Below are positions 30,817-41,184 of a stretch of DNA of 64,000 nt, piece by piece. The stretch comes from an uncultured cyanobacterium. GTDB lineage: Bacteria > Cyanobacteriota > Cyanobacteriia > Cyanobacteriales > CAWUOF01. The notes beneath the pieces were generated by a model. It was not told where the DNA came from, did no database searches, and saw only the letters and a program-made list of their open reading frames with translations. The DNA is taken from contig CAVUSO010000001.1 of NCBI GenBank assembly GCA_963744145.1, positions 6,528,001-6,592,000 of the forward strand, written 5' to 3'. The position numbers and the translations under genes are program-made. Position 1 is the first letter of the stretch. Each line of letters starts with the position of its first letter.

Positions 30817-31254
30817 TTAATTAAATAAAGGAGATGCAATAAAATCTAATAAAATTTTTTGATGGATTTTACCTATAGGTTGCACACTCTCAGCTTTAGT
30901 GGAATAACGATCGCCACGCTCAATATCTGTAGTTGTCAATAAACCTAGATCCCAACCTTCATTTAGCACTAAGTCTTCCAACCCTACTGTTAGAGGTGCA
31001 TAATACACATGACGAATTACCAGCTCATCACTATAACAACCAAATTTCTGGACTACGGGTGGGACATAAGCAATTTCCTCTAACAGCTCTCGTTGGAGAG
31101 CGATTTCGGGAGTTTCTCCTGGTTCAAGATGACCACCAAATAACCCCCAATGACCAGGATAGAAAATAGTAGGGATATTATCTCTTAATTGGAGCAGAAA
31201 CTGCCGATCGCGATAAAGAATGGCGATCGCGACCTCAACTGGTGATAAATTCAT
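30817..31254 (-). CDS. NUDIX hydrolase
   Basis: GGHLEPGETPEIALQRELLEE Nudix box. Confidence 0.93.
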   Translation of the reverse strand: MNLSPVEVAIAILYRDRQFLLQLRDNIPTIFYPGHWGLFGGHLEPGETPEIALQRELLEEIAYVPPVVQKFGCYSDELVIRHVYYAPLTVGLEDLVLNEGWDLGLLTTTDIERGDRYSTKAESVQPIGKIHQKILLDFIASPLFN

Positions 31255-31277
31255 GATTGGTTGGCTGATTGTTTAAC
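31246..31277. repeat. 32-bp direct repeat, left boundary of ParA island
   Basis: TAAATTCATGATTGGTTGGCTGATTGTTTAAC identical at 34035-34066. Confidence 0.9.
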
Positions 31278-31292
31278 TAGTTACAGATATTT

Positions 31293-32018
31293 TTACCAAT
31301 TATCGATTACATCAAGCAATTTTTCCTTAGAAATATAACCTTTACCTAATTCAGAAATCACATCATTAAAAGTAGCAAACTTATCATGTTTTGGATTACT
31401 TATTTCTTTTAATCTATCAGCTATTTTTTTGGCTTTCTTATTACCTAAAAATTCCAGCTTTTTAACAACTTCTCCATAAACTTTAGGATCTGAAATATGG
31501 TTGAAAGCTTCTAACGGTGGTAAAGGTTTTGGTAAATAAACCTGAAAGTTTTCGATCATCTCTGATTTTAGTTGACTACTTTCAAGACTAATATTATGAG
31601 TTATATTTGTTGCCAAACTTTGAATGATAGACTTAATATTTCCCAGTTCTAAGAGAACAGGATTACTAGCATTATTATCAATAGTTTGAGGGCTCTGTAG
31701 ATTCTTAATTGCTTGAACTTGCTCTAAGATCGGTTGGGTATTTTTTCCATCAACAATAAAAACTCTGATTCTGTCTGGTAAACTTGGTTCAAGTTCTCTA
31801 GCTTTTATAAAAGCATAGTATTCAAACTGTCCTGCAATTAGTCGATAAGATTCAACCCCTGTTCTTTGGACAATCGGAATTGTAAGTAACGCTTTGAGAT
31901 TAACAATAGAATGAGCTAAATATTCAATCTCAACTTTTTTTGCTTCAAATTGTGACTGAGTTTCTTCATGATTAATCTCAATGCTATCGATGTCGATCAG
32001 AGATGTTGATAAATCCAT
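31293..32018 (-). CDS. ParB-N-like protein
   Basis: IE.LA.SI.....L..P.IV......Y.LI.G...Y.A pattern; directly downstream of the ParA gene. Confidence 0.65.
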   Translation of the reverse strand: MDLSTSLIDIDSIEINHEETQSQFEAKKVEIEYLAHSIVNLKALLTIPIVQRTGVESYRLIAGQFEYYAFIKARELEPSLPDRIRVFIVDGKNTQPILEQVQAIKNLQSPQTIDNNASNPVLLELGNIKSIIQSLATNITHNISLESSQLKSEMIENFQVYLPKPLPPLEAFNHISDPKVYGEVVKKLEFLGNKKAKKIADRLKEISNPKHDKFATFNDVISELGKGYISKEKLLDVIDNW

Positions 32019-32051
32019 TTTAGTTTAGGTTTAATTTTGAGTTAGAATTAC

Positions 32052-33398
32052 TTATCTGAGCGCGGTAATAACCTCTTTCGCTAGATTCTCGAACTCCTGG
32101 GATGACTGAGAATCTGGTTTATAGTCTAATATAGATTTAGGGTCTGGAATATCGAGTTCTCCTACTTCAATAGTACGTTCGATCGCTGCTGAGACATCCC
32201 GACGCTCAAATATCCGAGACTTCATTAATGGAAAACCATATCGCTCGATCACAATTTTTTCCATCCTAGGTAGAACATATTTAACAAATCTATCATGGGT
32301 GGCAATTTTCGATGGTAGCACTCCCAAGTTTTTCACAGGTTCTTTACCAATAACTCCTCGGAATTCATCAATTTCCGTTAAAAAGTTCTTGACATTAGTA
32401 AGTCCTTCGTTTGCAAAAGGCTTCAGGTCTGATGGAATAATCAAATAATCAGCGGCAATCAACGCAATTTTAGCATAAAGATTAAGAGAAGGAGGAGTAT
32501 CAATTAAAACTATATCATATTTATCCTTAATCGCTGCTAATTTAGCTACTAATCTGGTCCTAGTTGCATCTATTTCTGCTAATTCTTTTTCATGGTGCAT
32601 CAGGTCAATATGACAAGGAACTATATCAATTTCAGGTCTATTAAAACTTGATTCTCTTACTACCTCAGAAATTGGATATTTATTTTTTTCTAAAAGAACA
32701 TGGTAGATGTACTTATCTTTAATATTGTCCTGAATTTCATCTTGAAATTTTACTAAACCTAAAGCATAAGTAGTATTAGCTTGACTATCTAAATCAATTA
32801 CTAAAACTCTTTTCTCTTTTTTCCTAAGAGCAGCAGCTAAGTTAATTACAGTAGTTGTTTTACCAACACCACCTTTGTTGTGATAAATCGCAATAATTTT
32901 CATAGAATTATCCTCTTGATTAGAATGATGATATTTTGCTAAAAAATTATCTTCGCTAGGAGCAGCCAAATTCCTTTGTAACACATCTCGACCGATAATT
33001 AACTTAATACTTTGAATATTTTCTTCTAGCTCACATCCCTTAACTTGCAGTAGCAAATTTAATTCACTATTTATTCTTTCATATATTCGCACCAGTTTAC
33101 CATTTGTCAAAAGACCATAATAAGCGTTAATATTGGTTAAATATCGGTTAAATTTTCTAATGTGTTTGTCCAGATTTTGCCTGGGATGCTTTGCTTCTAT
33201 TACCAGCATCGCGTTAGATTTAAAACGGATCATTCCTGGTGCAAGTGCCAAAAAATCTAATCGCATACCCCCAAAAGTAACTTCCTGGTGCCAAGTGTGG
33301 GGTGGATAACCTAATTTGGGCAACAGATAATGAACGATTAGTTTACTTTCAACTTCAGACTCGTTCCGACATTGTTCTGGATTGAAAAATAAGTTCAC
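32052..33398 (-). CDS. HsdR-N-like nuclease domain fused to ParA/Soj ATPase
   Basis: NESEVE..RLDF..VIEAK..GLLTNG; KGGVGKTT, DLDSQAN and IDTPP motifs. Confidence 0.88.
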   Translation of the reverse strand: MNLFFNPEQCRNESEVESKLIVHYLLPKLGYPPHTWHQEVTFGGMRLDFLALAPGMIRFKSNAMLVIEAKHPRQNLDKHIRKFNRYLTNINAYYGLLTNGKLVRIYERINSELNLLLQVKGCELEENIQSIKLIIGRDVLQRNLAAPSEDNFLAKYHHSNQEDNSMKIIAIYHNKGGVGKTTTVINLAAALRKKEKRVLVIDLDSQANTTYALGLVKFQDEIQDNIKDKYIYHVLLEKNKYPISEVVRESSFNRPEIDIVPCHIDLMHHEKELAEIDATRTRLVAKLAAIKDKYDIVLIDTPPSLNLYAKIALIAADYLIIPSDLKPFANEGLTNVKNFLTEIDEFRGVIGKEPVKNLGVLPSKIATHDRFVKYVLPRMEKIVIERYGFPLMKSRIFERRDVSAAIERTIEVGELDIPDPKSILDYKPDSQSSQEFENLAKEVITALR

Positions 33399-33440
33399 GT
33401 TATAATTTTACTCTTTTTCTAGATTTCTTTATATATAGCA

Positions 33441-34009
33441 GACCTCTTGCAAAAGTCCTTATTGATCTATTTATTGACAGGCAAGATGCCTGTCCCACCA
33501 GAAAAAATCACTTTTGTGGGACAGGCATCTTGCCTGTCCTATTTATTTTTGCAAGAGGTTTAGCGTATGACCGATTTATGAAGTATAGCAGTGTTGTCTG
33601 TGAATGCAAGATGGGGTATGTCTCGACTACGCCCTTCGACTACGCTCAGGACAAGCCTTGTGTTGAGCGTAGTCGAAATATCGACACAAGGTTCATCCAG
33701 GTGATCTGTGGGGCAGGGCGGGTTCATGAAGGTTATTTGTGTGTAGCAAATTAATCGGTGAACCCGCCCCTACAGGTGATAAATATGTTCGGATCTTGTA
33801 TGATTTATCAAAAAATCTGAAATTCTAGATCAAAGTAGCTCATAAAAATGTATTGTTGATGAATTTATCAATCAGGATTTGTAGGAGCGGGTTCACCAGT
33901 TAATTCTGCTCCAAATAGATCAACATCATAAACCCGCCCAACCAACACAGATCAATCACAATTGACTTTAACTGATAAATTTATCAGACAGGCAAGATAC
34001 CTGTCCCAC
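33441..34009. repeat. Cluster of several small palindromic repeat/MITE families
   Basis: GACCTCTTGCAAAA..TTTTGCAAGAGGTT; GACAGGCAAGAT(G/A)CCTGTCCCAC x3; TCGACTACGCTCA..TGAGCGTAGTCGA; GCGGGTTCA..AACCCGCCC x2. Confidence 0.85.
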
Positions 34010-34034
34010 AATCTTCCTGTATTTCATCAACAGG

Positions 34035-34066
34035 TAAATTCATGATTGGTTGGCTGATTGTTTAAC
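34035..34066. repeat. 32-bp direct repeat, right boundary of ParA island
   Basis: Identical to 31246-31277. Confidence 0.9.
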
Positions 34067-34441
34067 GCGATCTTGCTCTTCTAGATAAACTTCACCAATT
34101 TCCTTTCCCTGGACTACAATACTTTGATAGTGAGCTATACCCTTAATTAATAACACATCTCCGGGATTGGGTAGAGGTGCTGGACTAATCACCCAAATAC
34201 TTCCAGTAGCATCTTGAACTTCATAAGCTCCTTTACCAATAAATCGGGCTAAAGTTTTCACCGTACCTTTGATTTTCAGGACTGGTGAAGTGGGATTAGA
34301 TAAATTAACCGCTTGCTGGATTTCCCGAATATTGCTGGAATTGACATTAAGATCACCAAGACTGCTGCAACTAGAAAGTCCTAATAGCAGTAAAAAGCAA
34401 CAAAGTCCAAGATAAAAATTTTCAGATTTTCCGATCATCAC
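34040..34441 (-). CDS. Putative OB-fold lipoprotein
   Basis: Lipobox LSSC; YEVQDATGSIWV. Confidence 0.75.
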   Translation of the reverse strand: MMIGKSENFYLGLCCFLLLLGLSSCSSLGDLNVNSSNIREIQQAVNLSNPTSPVLKIKGTVKTLARFIGKGAYEVQDATGSIWVISPAPLPNPGDVLLIKGIAHYQSIVVQGKEIGEVYLEEQDRVKQSANQS

Positions 34442-34530
34442 CTACCAAACATGAGGGAATATCTAGAGCAATCCTGGGGTTATCATAAAGCCATTGAGTC
34501 AGTTTTCCCAACTTTATCTATGTATCATCA

Positions 34531-35424
34531 ATGGTAATGAATTCCAAAATAGCTCAAATTTTAGATGGTAAAGCCCTGGCCCAAAAAATTCAAACGGAAT
34601 TGCGATCGCAAGTACAAACATTTCTCGCGAGCCAAAAGCGTCCTCCAGGACTAGCCGTATTAATGGTAGGGGATAATCCAGCTAGTGCTGCTTATGTGCG
34701 AAATAAGGAAAAATCTTGTAGTCAAGTGGGAATCACCTCCTTTGGTCAACATTTTCCTGCGACTGCTAGTCAAGCAGAGCTAAAGCAAGCGATTCATGCT
34801 CTCAATCAGGATGAAAGAGTCGATGGGATTTTAGTGCAATTACCCCTACCTCCCCATCTAGACGCAGTAGCTCTTTTACATGAAATCGATCCGGATAAAG
34901 ATGTGGACGGATTACATCAAATTAATCTGGGACGTTTAGTACGGAATGAGCCAGGATTACGCAGTTGTACCCCTGCTGGGGTAATGCGTTTATTAGAGGA
35001 ATATCAAATTGAACTCAAAGGGAAACAAGCAGTAGTGGTAGGACGTAGTATCTTAGTTGGTAAACCAATGGCACTGATGCTATTAGAAGCAGATGCTACT
35101 GTAACTATTGCCCATTCCCAATCAGTCAATTTAGCAGACATCACTCGTAATGCTGATATTTTAGTGGTAGCGATCGGACGTCCCCAAATAATTACCGCCC
35201 CCATGGTGAAACCCGGAGCTGTAGTAGTGGATGTGGGGATTAACCGAATTGTTGACCATAACGGTAAATCCCGCTTGGTGGGAGATATTGATTTCGATAC
35301 TGTCCAAAATATCGCCAGCTATATTACACCCGTCCCGGGAGGTATTGGCCCGATGACCGTAGCACTCCTCTTGGCAAATACTTTATTCAGTTATACTCAG
35401 CGCCAAGCTTTGTCAAGTAAGTAG
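34531..35424 (+). CDS. folD: Methylenetetrahydrofolate dehydrogenase/cyclohydrolase
   Basis: [14 protein letters not shown] and [11 protein letters not shown] motifs. Confidence 0.97.
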   Translation: MVMNSKIAQILDGKALAQKIQTELRSQVQTFLASQKRPPGLAVLMVGDNPASAAYVRNKEKSCSQVGITSFGQHFPATASQAELKQAIHALNQDERVDGILVQLPLPPHLDAVALLHEIDPDKDVDGLHQINLGRLVRNEPGLRSCTPAGVMRLLEEYQIELKGKQAVVVGRSILVGKPMALMLLEADATVTIAHSQSVNLADITRNADILVVAIGRPQIITAPMVKPGAVVVDVGINRIVDHNGKSRLVGDIDFDTVQNIASYITPVPGGIGPMTVALLLANTLFSYTQRQALSSK

Positions 35425-35483
35425 GCTTTTTGGATGGTTCATTTAAGGTAATATTGTGTAAGTTTCCAAGAATGGTTATAGGG

Positions 35484-36416
35484 ATGGTATCGACTCAAAA
35501 CATTCATTCACTTCAGCTTGAGGGAGAATCTGCGTTTAACTTATCAGCCTATCTAACTGAACGACAAGTTCAGGTAGAAGCTGCTTTGGATCGTGCCATC
35601 CCTCTTACTTATCCGGACAAGATTTATGAGGCTATGCGCTACTCCCTTTTAGCTGGAGGTAAGCGTTTGCGTCCCATTCTCTGTTTAGCCACTTGTGAAT
35701 TGGCTCATGGGACAATTGAAATGGCCATGCCCACGGGCTGTGCTTTAGAAATGATCCATACCATGTCTTTGATTCACGACGACTTACCCGCTATGGATAA
35801 CGACGATTATCGGCGCGGTAAGCTTACCAATCATAAGGTTTATGGTGAGGATATTGCGATTTTAGCTGGTGACGGCTTGTTGGCTTATGCCTTTGAGCAT
35901 ATTGTTAATGAAACGCGCAACGTTCCACCCCAACGCATTTTACAGGTGATTGCGAAACTCAGCCGAGCTGCGGGTGCGGCTGGGTTGGTCGGCGGTCAGG
36001 TAGTTGACCTGGAATCAGAAGGTAAGTTGGATATTTCTTTAGAAACTCTCAATTTTATTCACACTCATAAAACTGGCGCACTGCTAGAATCTTGTGTGGT
36101 TTGTGGGGCACTTTTGGCTGGGGCATCAGATACCGATTTGCAACGGTTATCTCATTATGCCCGCAATATTGGTTTGGCTTTTCAAATTGTTGATGACATT
36201 CTTGATATCACTGCTACTCAAGCAGAGTTAGGAAAAACCGCAGGTAAAGACATTTTAGCTAAAAAGGCAACTTATCCTAGTCTGTGGGGACTTGAAGAGT
36301 CAAAACAGCAAGCAAGACAGTTGATTGAAGATGCTAAAGCTGAACTGGCACCTTTTGGGAAAAATGCTAATGCGTTGGTCGCGATCGCTGATTTCATTAC
36401 CAACCGCACTCATTAG
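35484..36416 (+). CDS. crtE: Geranylgeranyl diphosphate synthase
   Basis: [15 protein letters not shown] and DDILD motifs; start moved to ATG 35484. Confidence 0.95.
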   Translation: MVSTQNIHSLQLEGESAFNLSAYLTERQVQVEAALDRAIPLTYPDKIYEAMRYSLLAGGKRLRPILCLATCELAHGTIEMAMPTGCALEMIHTMSLIHDDLPAMDNDDYRRGKLTNHKVYGEDIAILAGDGLLAYAFEHIVNETRNVPPQRILQVIAKLSRAAGAAGLVGGQVVDLESEGKLDISLETLNFIHTHKTGALLESCVVCGALLAGASDTDLQRLSHYARNIGLAFQIVDDILDITATQAELGKTAGKDILAKKATYPSLWGLEESKQQARQLIEDAKAELAPFGKNANALVAIADFITNRTH

Positions 36417-36508
36417 GTGAACATAATTACTTCTGGTTGATTACTTACTGTTTTTTTTGGGCAGATCAAATCAAGTTATTAACTCGAGGTAGGAGGAGGA
36501 ACGAATTT

Positions 36509-36964
36509 GTGCAAAATTTTGGCGAAATTTTAGACAACCGCGTCCTAGTCGTTGCTCTAATTGCCTGTCTGATTGCTCAAGGATTAAAGCTGGTGGTCGA
36601 ATTTGTTAAACATGGCAAAATGGACTTGCGGGCTTTAGTGACAACTGGAGGAATGCCAAGTGCCCACTCCGCCCTAGTGACCGCTTTAGCGACGGGAATT
36701 GGACAGACCATGGGCTGGAATAGTAGCGAGTTTTCGATCGCTACTATTTTTGCCATTATTGTGATGTATGATGCCGCAGGTGTCAGACAAGCTGCCGGAA
36801 AACAAGCTCGCATCCTCAACCAAATCATTGATGAACTATTTCAAGAAAAACCTGAGTTTAACGAATCTCGTCTGAAAGAACTCCTAGGACACACACCCGT
36901 CCAAGTAATTGTTGGTTCGATCTTAGGTGTAGCGATTTCTTACATTGCTGGATTTTCTTATTAA
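36509..36964 (+). CDS. Divergent PAP2 (DUF212) protein
   Basis: GGMPSAHS, YDAAGVR and LLGHT motifs; GTG start after AGGAGG. Confidence 0.93.
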   Translation: MQNFGEILDNRVLVVALIACLIAQGLKLVVEFVKHGKMDLRALVTTGGMPSAHSALVTALATGIGQTMGWNSSEFSIATIFAIIVMYDAAGVRQAAGKQARILNQIIDELFQEKPEFNESRLKELLGHTPVQVIVGSILGVAISYIAGFSY

Positions 36965-36980
36965 GATTAATTTGGTTTTA

Positions 36981-37031
36981 TTCATTGTTCATTGTTCATT
37001 GTTTTTAGTCTAACGATGAACGATGAACAAT
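36981..37031. terminator. Hairpin of inverted heptamer (STRR-like) repeats between convergent genes
   Basis: (TTCATTG)3 ... (AACGATG)2AAC. Confidence 0.55.
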
Positions 37032-37032
37032 A

Positions 37033-37362
37033 TTAAGATACTGATGCTAAAGACCCGATCGGATTAGGGATTGTCTCTGGATTAGCTAGAAATTCACCAG
37101 TAATTACATACTCTAATCTTAGCTTTAACCAGGTAATGAATTGCTTATTTGTCGATATTACCGCTACGGCTGGTTGAGGACATTTCTGTTGAATCTCCTT
37201 CATTTCCGGTGCTGCTAAAAAGGCTGGGTCTTTGACTAACCAGAAGTCAATTTCTTTTTCCTGTTCGTGATAGTTGCGAGTCCGCTCTCGCAAAACTTCC
37301 TCAAAGGGTTCTTCTTCTAGCAAAAAACGTTGACTAGCCAAAACATAGTAGTAAGTTGTCAT
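37033..37362 (-). CDS. ycf54: MgPME cyclase auxiliary protein
   Basis: EEP.EEVLRER, IDFWLV and FITWLKLRL motifs. Confidence 0.95.
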   Translation of the reverse strand: MTTYYYVLASQRFLLEEEPFEEVLRERTRNYHEQEKEIDFWLVKDPAFLAAPEMKEIQQKCPQPAVAVISTNKQFITWLKLRLEYVITGEFLANPETIPNPIGSLASVS

Positions 37363-37399
37363 CTCTAATGATTCCTTGGAGTGATGGTACAATTGAAAA

Positions 37400-38167
37400 T
37401 TAGCAATTACCGATCATAGCTTGTTTCATGTCCCGGACAGCTCGTTCTATCCCCACTAAAACTGCCCGACTAATAATTGTATGACCAATGTTTAGTTCTT
37501 CCATTCCTGGGAGATGAGCTACAGGATAAACATTCCAATAGGTCAGACCGTGACCCGCGTTGATGCGTAATCCCTGGGCTTGAGCTAATTCACAACCTCG
37601 AGCTAATATAGATAATTCTCGTTCCTGACTTGCTGGATCGGGAGCTTCAGCATATTGTCCCGTATGCAGTTCGATAAATTTTGCTTTTGTTTTGACCGAT
37701 GCGGCAATTTGTGATTCATCAGCATCGATAAATAAGCTAACTGGGATTTGGGCTGATTGTAATTGATCGACCACCTGACTCAGATGCTGAAGTTGACCTG
37801 CAACATTTAGTCCTCCTTCTGTCGTTACTTCTTCCCGTTTTTCCGGAACCAGAGTCACATAGTCAGGTTTCAGGTCAAGAGCGATCGCGACCATTTCTGG
37901 AGTCGCAGCTAGTTCTAAATTTAAATGGGTTCGCACGGTCTGACGTAAAATCCGCACATCACGTTCTTGAATATGACGTTGATCTTCACGTAAATGTACA
38001 GTAATTCCATCTGCTCCAGCCAGTTCAGCTAAAACTGCGGCTGCGACTGGATCAGGTTCGACCGTCCTACGTGCTTGTCGGATCGTAGCAACATGGTCAA
38101 TATTCACCCCAAGAGTAGGCACTAGCTCATTTTCTCCCTTCAGCCAGGTAAGTTTTCCGGTTTTCAT
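37400..38167 (-). CDS. pdxJ: Pyridoxine 5'-phosphate synthase
   Basis: [15 protein letters not shown] and NAGHGL motifs; start may be slightly downstream. Confidence 0.97.
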   Translation of the reverse strand: MKTGKLTWLKGENELVPTLGVNIDHVATIRQARRTVEPDPVAAAVLAELAGADGITVHLREDQRHIQERDVRILRQTVRTHLNLELAATPEMVAIALDLKPDYVTLVPEKREEVTTEGGLNVAGQLQHLSQVVDQLQSAQIPVSLFIDADESQIAASVKTKAKFIELHTGQYAEAPDPASQERELSILARGCELAQAQGLRINAGHGLTYWNVYPVAHLPGMEELNIGHTIISRAVLVGIERAVRDMKQAMIGNC

Positions 38168-38214
38168 TTTACAGCAAACTTGAACCAGCCAAGGTCATAA
38201 ATCATCAAAAATTA

Positions 38215-39120
38215 TTAATACTGGGTGCGATCGCTAGTTTTACCTAGAAGGGCATTTTTTTCCAAAAACTGGATAATTTTACCAGCGATATCTTTTTCGC
38301 TAGCTGTTTCAATTCCCTCTAATCCTGGACAAGAATTCACTTCGATGATTACCGGTCCATGATGAGAACGTAAAATATCCACACCAGCAATATTCAGCCC
38401 CATTGCTTTCACTGCTCGTATTGCTGCGGTCCGTTCTTCGGGAGTTACCTTAATTTTTTCCGCTTGACCACCGCGATGTAAATTAAATCTAAATTCTCCT
38501 GGGGCACTTTGACGTTTCATCGAAGCAATAACTTTATCACCGATAACCAAACAACGAATATCCATTCCTCCTGCTTCTTTAATAAACTCCTGGACTAAAA
38601 TATTGGCATCCATCCCTCGAAAAGCTTCTATTACTGACTTAGCTGCTTGGGCAGTTTCTGCTAAGACCACACCAACACCCTGAGTTCCCTCTAACAGTTT
38701 AATTACTAGCGGCGCACCACCAACAATATCAATTAAACCTTCAATATCTTTGGGAGAATGGGCAAAACCCGTTACTGGTAAACCAATACCTTTTTTTGAT
38801 AGTAACTGTAAACAACGTAGTTTATCGCGAGAACGTGAAATTGCTTGAGAAGCATTAGCCGTAAAAACTCCCATCATTTCAAATTGTCGAACCACTGCTG
38901 TACCATAAAAAGTATAAACTGGACCAACTCTTGGAATAATTGCATCAAAACCTTCTAATGCTTCCCCCTGATAAATTACCAAAGGCTTGTGAGCGATAAT
39001 GCTCATATAACAACGGAGGTAATCAATGATGTGCATTTCGTGACCATTTTTCTCTCCAGCTTCTTTTAACCTCTTGGTAGCGTAAAGTGCAGGATCTCGG
39101 GATAAAACAGCGATTTTCAT
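38215..39120 (-). CDS. rimK: RimK-family ATP-grasp glutamate ligase
   Basis: GTQGVGV, NLHRGG and EVNS.PGLEGIE motifs. Confidence 0.92.
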   Translation of the reverse strand: MKIAVLSRDPALYATKRLKEAGEKNGHEMHIIDYLRCYMSIIAHKPLVIYQGEALEGFDAIIPRVGPVYTFYGTAVVRQFEMMGVFTANASQAISRSRDKLRCLQLLSKKGIGLPVTGFAHSPKDIEGLIDIVGGAPLVIKLLEGTQGVGVVLAETAQAAKSVIEAFRGMDANILVQEFIKEAGGMDIRCLVIGDKVIASMKRQSAPGEFRFNLHRGGQAEKIKVTPEERTAAIRAVKAMGLNIAGVDILRSHHGPVIIEVNSCPGLEGIETASEKDIAGKIIQFLEKNALLGKTSDRTQY

Positions 39121-39418
39121 GTTTTTTTACTTTTCTGTGGCAATTTCTTTTTTTTGTTACAAAAAGTCTTTAGAGATAAAAATATCTAGTGCTAAAGAAC
39201 ACCAACCTAAATCAAGTTTCGCTTTCATCTAAACTTATGACAAGTTAAACGAAAACTATTCCAGTATATGATTAATTTTTTAAGAGGTTTTGATTTAGCT
39301 AATCATTAATATTAATCAGTTAATCAAAATAAATATTTATCACTGTTTCACTATTGATTGTTAAACATGAATCAAACAATTAATAATGAACAATCAGTTT
39401 TACTAGCAGATTTTTAGA

Positions 39419-40621
39419 TTAAACATCTGGTAGTTTATATTGTCCCACAATTCGCTGGGCATATTCTGGGACATGATCAGCTAATTTTTCTGGATAATGA
39501 CGTTTGACATATAGATAATTACGAGTAAAATGAGAATCAATAGAAAAACGTGCATACTCTAAACCTTTCGGGCCAATCTTTTCAATCACTACACCCATAA
39601 GTTTGGCTGCCCACATTGGTAAAGTTACGCCTTTTTCATAAGCAGGAATACTTTGTTGTACAGCTTGGTGACGATCGCCTTGAGATGTAACTGGTTTAAT
39701 ATTTAATTGATCTTGCACTAAATTTAGCATCTCTTGTCCACAATCATTGCGAACAACTATCCATTGCCATCCCAACGGTGCCCCCATGTATCCTACCACT
39801 AAATCTGCCAAAGAATTGACATAATCAAAACAACTTAAACATGAAGGTGCAAATACATCTTTAAGTTCTTTAGTATTTAAGCCAAAAAATGGTACTTTTT
39901 CCAGCGAACCATCTTCATGCTTAAAATGGACTTGAAAATCTTGCATGAATTCATAATATACAACCGTTTTGGGTGAGCGGCTGGTAGTATCTAAAAACTT
40001 TTGCAATCCGGTTCGAGTCACATTATCGACACAGGGAGTTCCCAAAACATAAAGTTTTTCTAAGCCTAACTTTTTTTCTACTGCTCGCAATGCCTGAATT
40101 TGACACCCAACACCAATTACTAATAAGCGCTTCATCCCCGATTTTTCAATTTGTTCCAATACAGAAAGATTAGGTGATAGGGTTGGCTTATTTACTCTTG
40201 CTGCTAGAATTTCTTCAGCGGTTCTGGCAATAATTGGTAAAGGTTGAAAGCGATCGGTTGGAGTATTTTGGACACAAACAACCCCTTCTACTAACCCCCG
40301 TTCCAATAGCTCGATCGCGATCGTACTAACAATTCCTGTCCATTGGGCACCTGGAATCGGTTCTTTTTTTTGGGCTGCGATCATTTGCTGATGAACTCCA
40401 AAATACCAATCATCAGGATGATCCAGATCCCGACTCCGTCCATGTGCTGCTGTTTCTAGTTCCGCAATTTGCTGATGCAAAAAGGCACAAGCATCCTTGA
40501 CATAATGCACATAATATGTATCGCACAAGCCGCACTCACTACATAATTCTTTAGCAGGACGACGACTACCCGGTTTTAGGGCTTTAGCCTTTTTGTGCTT
40601 ATCAAAATCAACTGAACTCAT
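39419..40621 (-). CDS. bciB: Ferredoxin-dependent 8-vinyl reductase (FrhB family)
   Basis: CSECGLC, GAQWTGIV and CLSCFDY.N.LAD motifs. Confidence 0.88.
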   Translation of the reverse strand: MSSVDFDKHKKAKALKPGSRRPAKELCSECGLCDTYYVHYVKDACAFLHQQIAELETAAHGRSRDLDHPDDWYFGVHQQMIAAQKKEPIPGAQWTGIVSTIAIELLERGLVEGVVCVQNTPTDRFQPLPIIARTAEEILAARVNKPTLSPNLSVLEQIEKSGMKRLLVIGVGCQIQALRAVEKKLGLEKLYVLGTPCVDNVTRTGLQKFLDTTSRSPKTVVYYEFMQDFQVHFKHEDGSLEKVPFFGLNTKELKDVFAPSCLSCFDYVNSLADLVVGYMGAPLGWQWIVVRNDCGQEMLNLVQDQLNIKPVTSQGDRHQAVQQSIPAYEKGVTLPMWAAKLMGVVIEKIGPKGLEYARFSIDSHFTRNYLYVKRHYPEKLADHVPEYAQRIVGQYKLPDV

Positions 40622-40717
40622 AAATATTACCTATCATTAAGACATTTTGTCCCAGGAACCAAAAACCAATCAACCTCAAATATTATCACTAGTCAACTTA
40701 CCTGAAGTTACTAAAAA

Positions 40718-40945
40718 TTATGGCGATCGCCTAATTGGTTCAAGAAATTTAATAATACCAGCATCATCAAATTGGTCAGCAAATTCGATGATCCGAGCAA
40801 CAAAAGGCTAGTATTCTTGATTTAATTGTTCTAATTGAGTAGCTTCGTTTATCACCATATGCAGATCGCCAATTCGACTAGCTTGATAGATTTTATTAAG
40901 TTCATTGGCTGGAGGAAAGATCATTTCTTGTGGTTGTGCTATTGC
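40718..40945 (-). pseudogene. Remnant C-terminal helical tail of a hybrid histidine kinase
   Basis: MIFPPANELNKIYQASRIGDL...EY*PFVARIIEFADQFD with in-frame TAG. Confidence 0.55.
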
Positions 40946-41184
40946 CTATTTTGGCTTCGTCCGGTGTAGTAGGAAGTTCAACCCCTAAGTTAATAGTTCA
41001 ATCCCTATTTGTAAATAGACTTTTGCTGCATTGTATGCGGTAGTTCCGCAGCCCTCGTATGGTCCTGTTGATTTTTGTCCAGGGGTTGTGAGCAGGTTGC
41101 GTTAAAATTGCTGATCTTGTATAGTTTAATCCGAGATTAATAACGGTAAGTTGACCAATTAACCGGAGATTAGGAGGCTAAACT

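Noticed and set aside
33530..33754. 74-aa ORF
   Set aside because: Built from palindromic repeats; no protein-like signal
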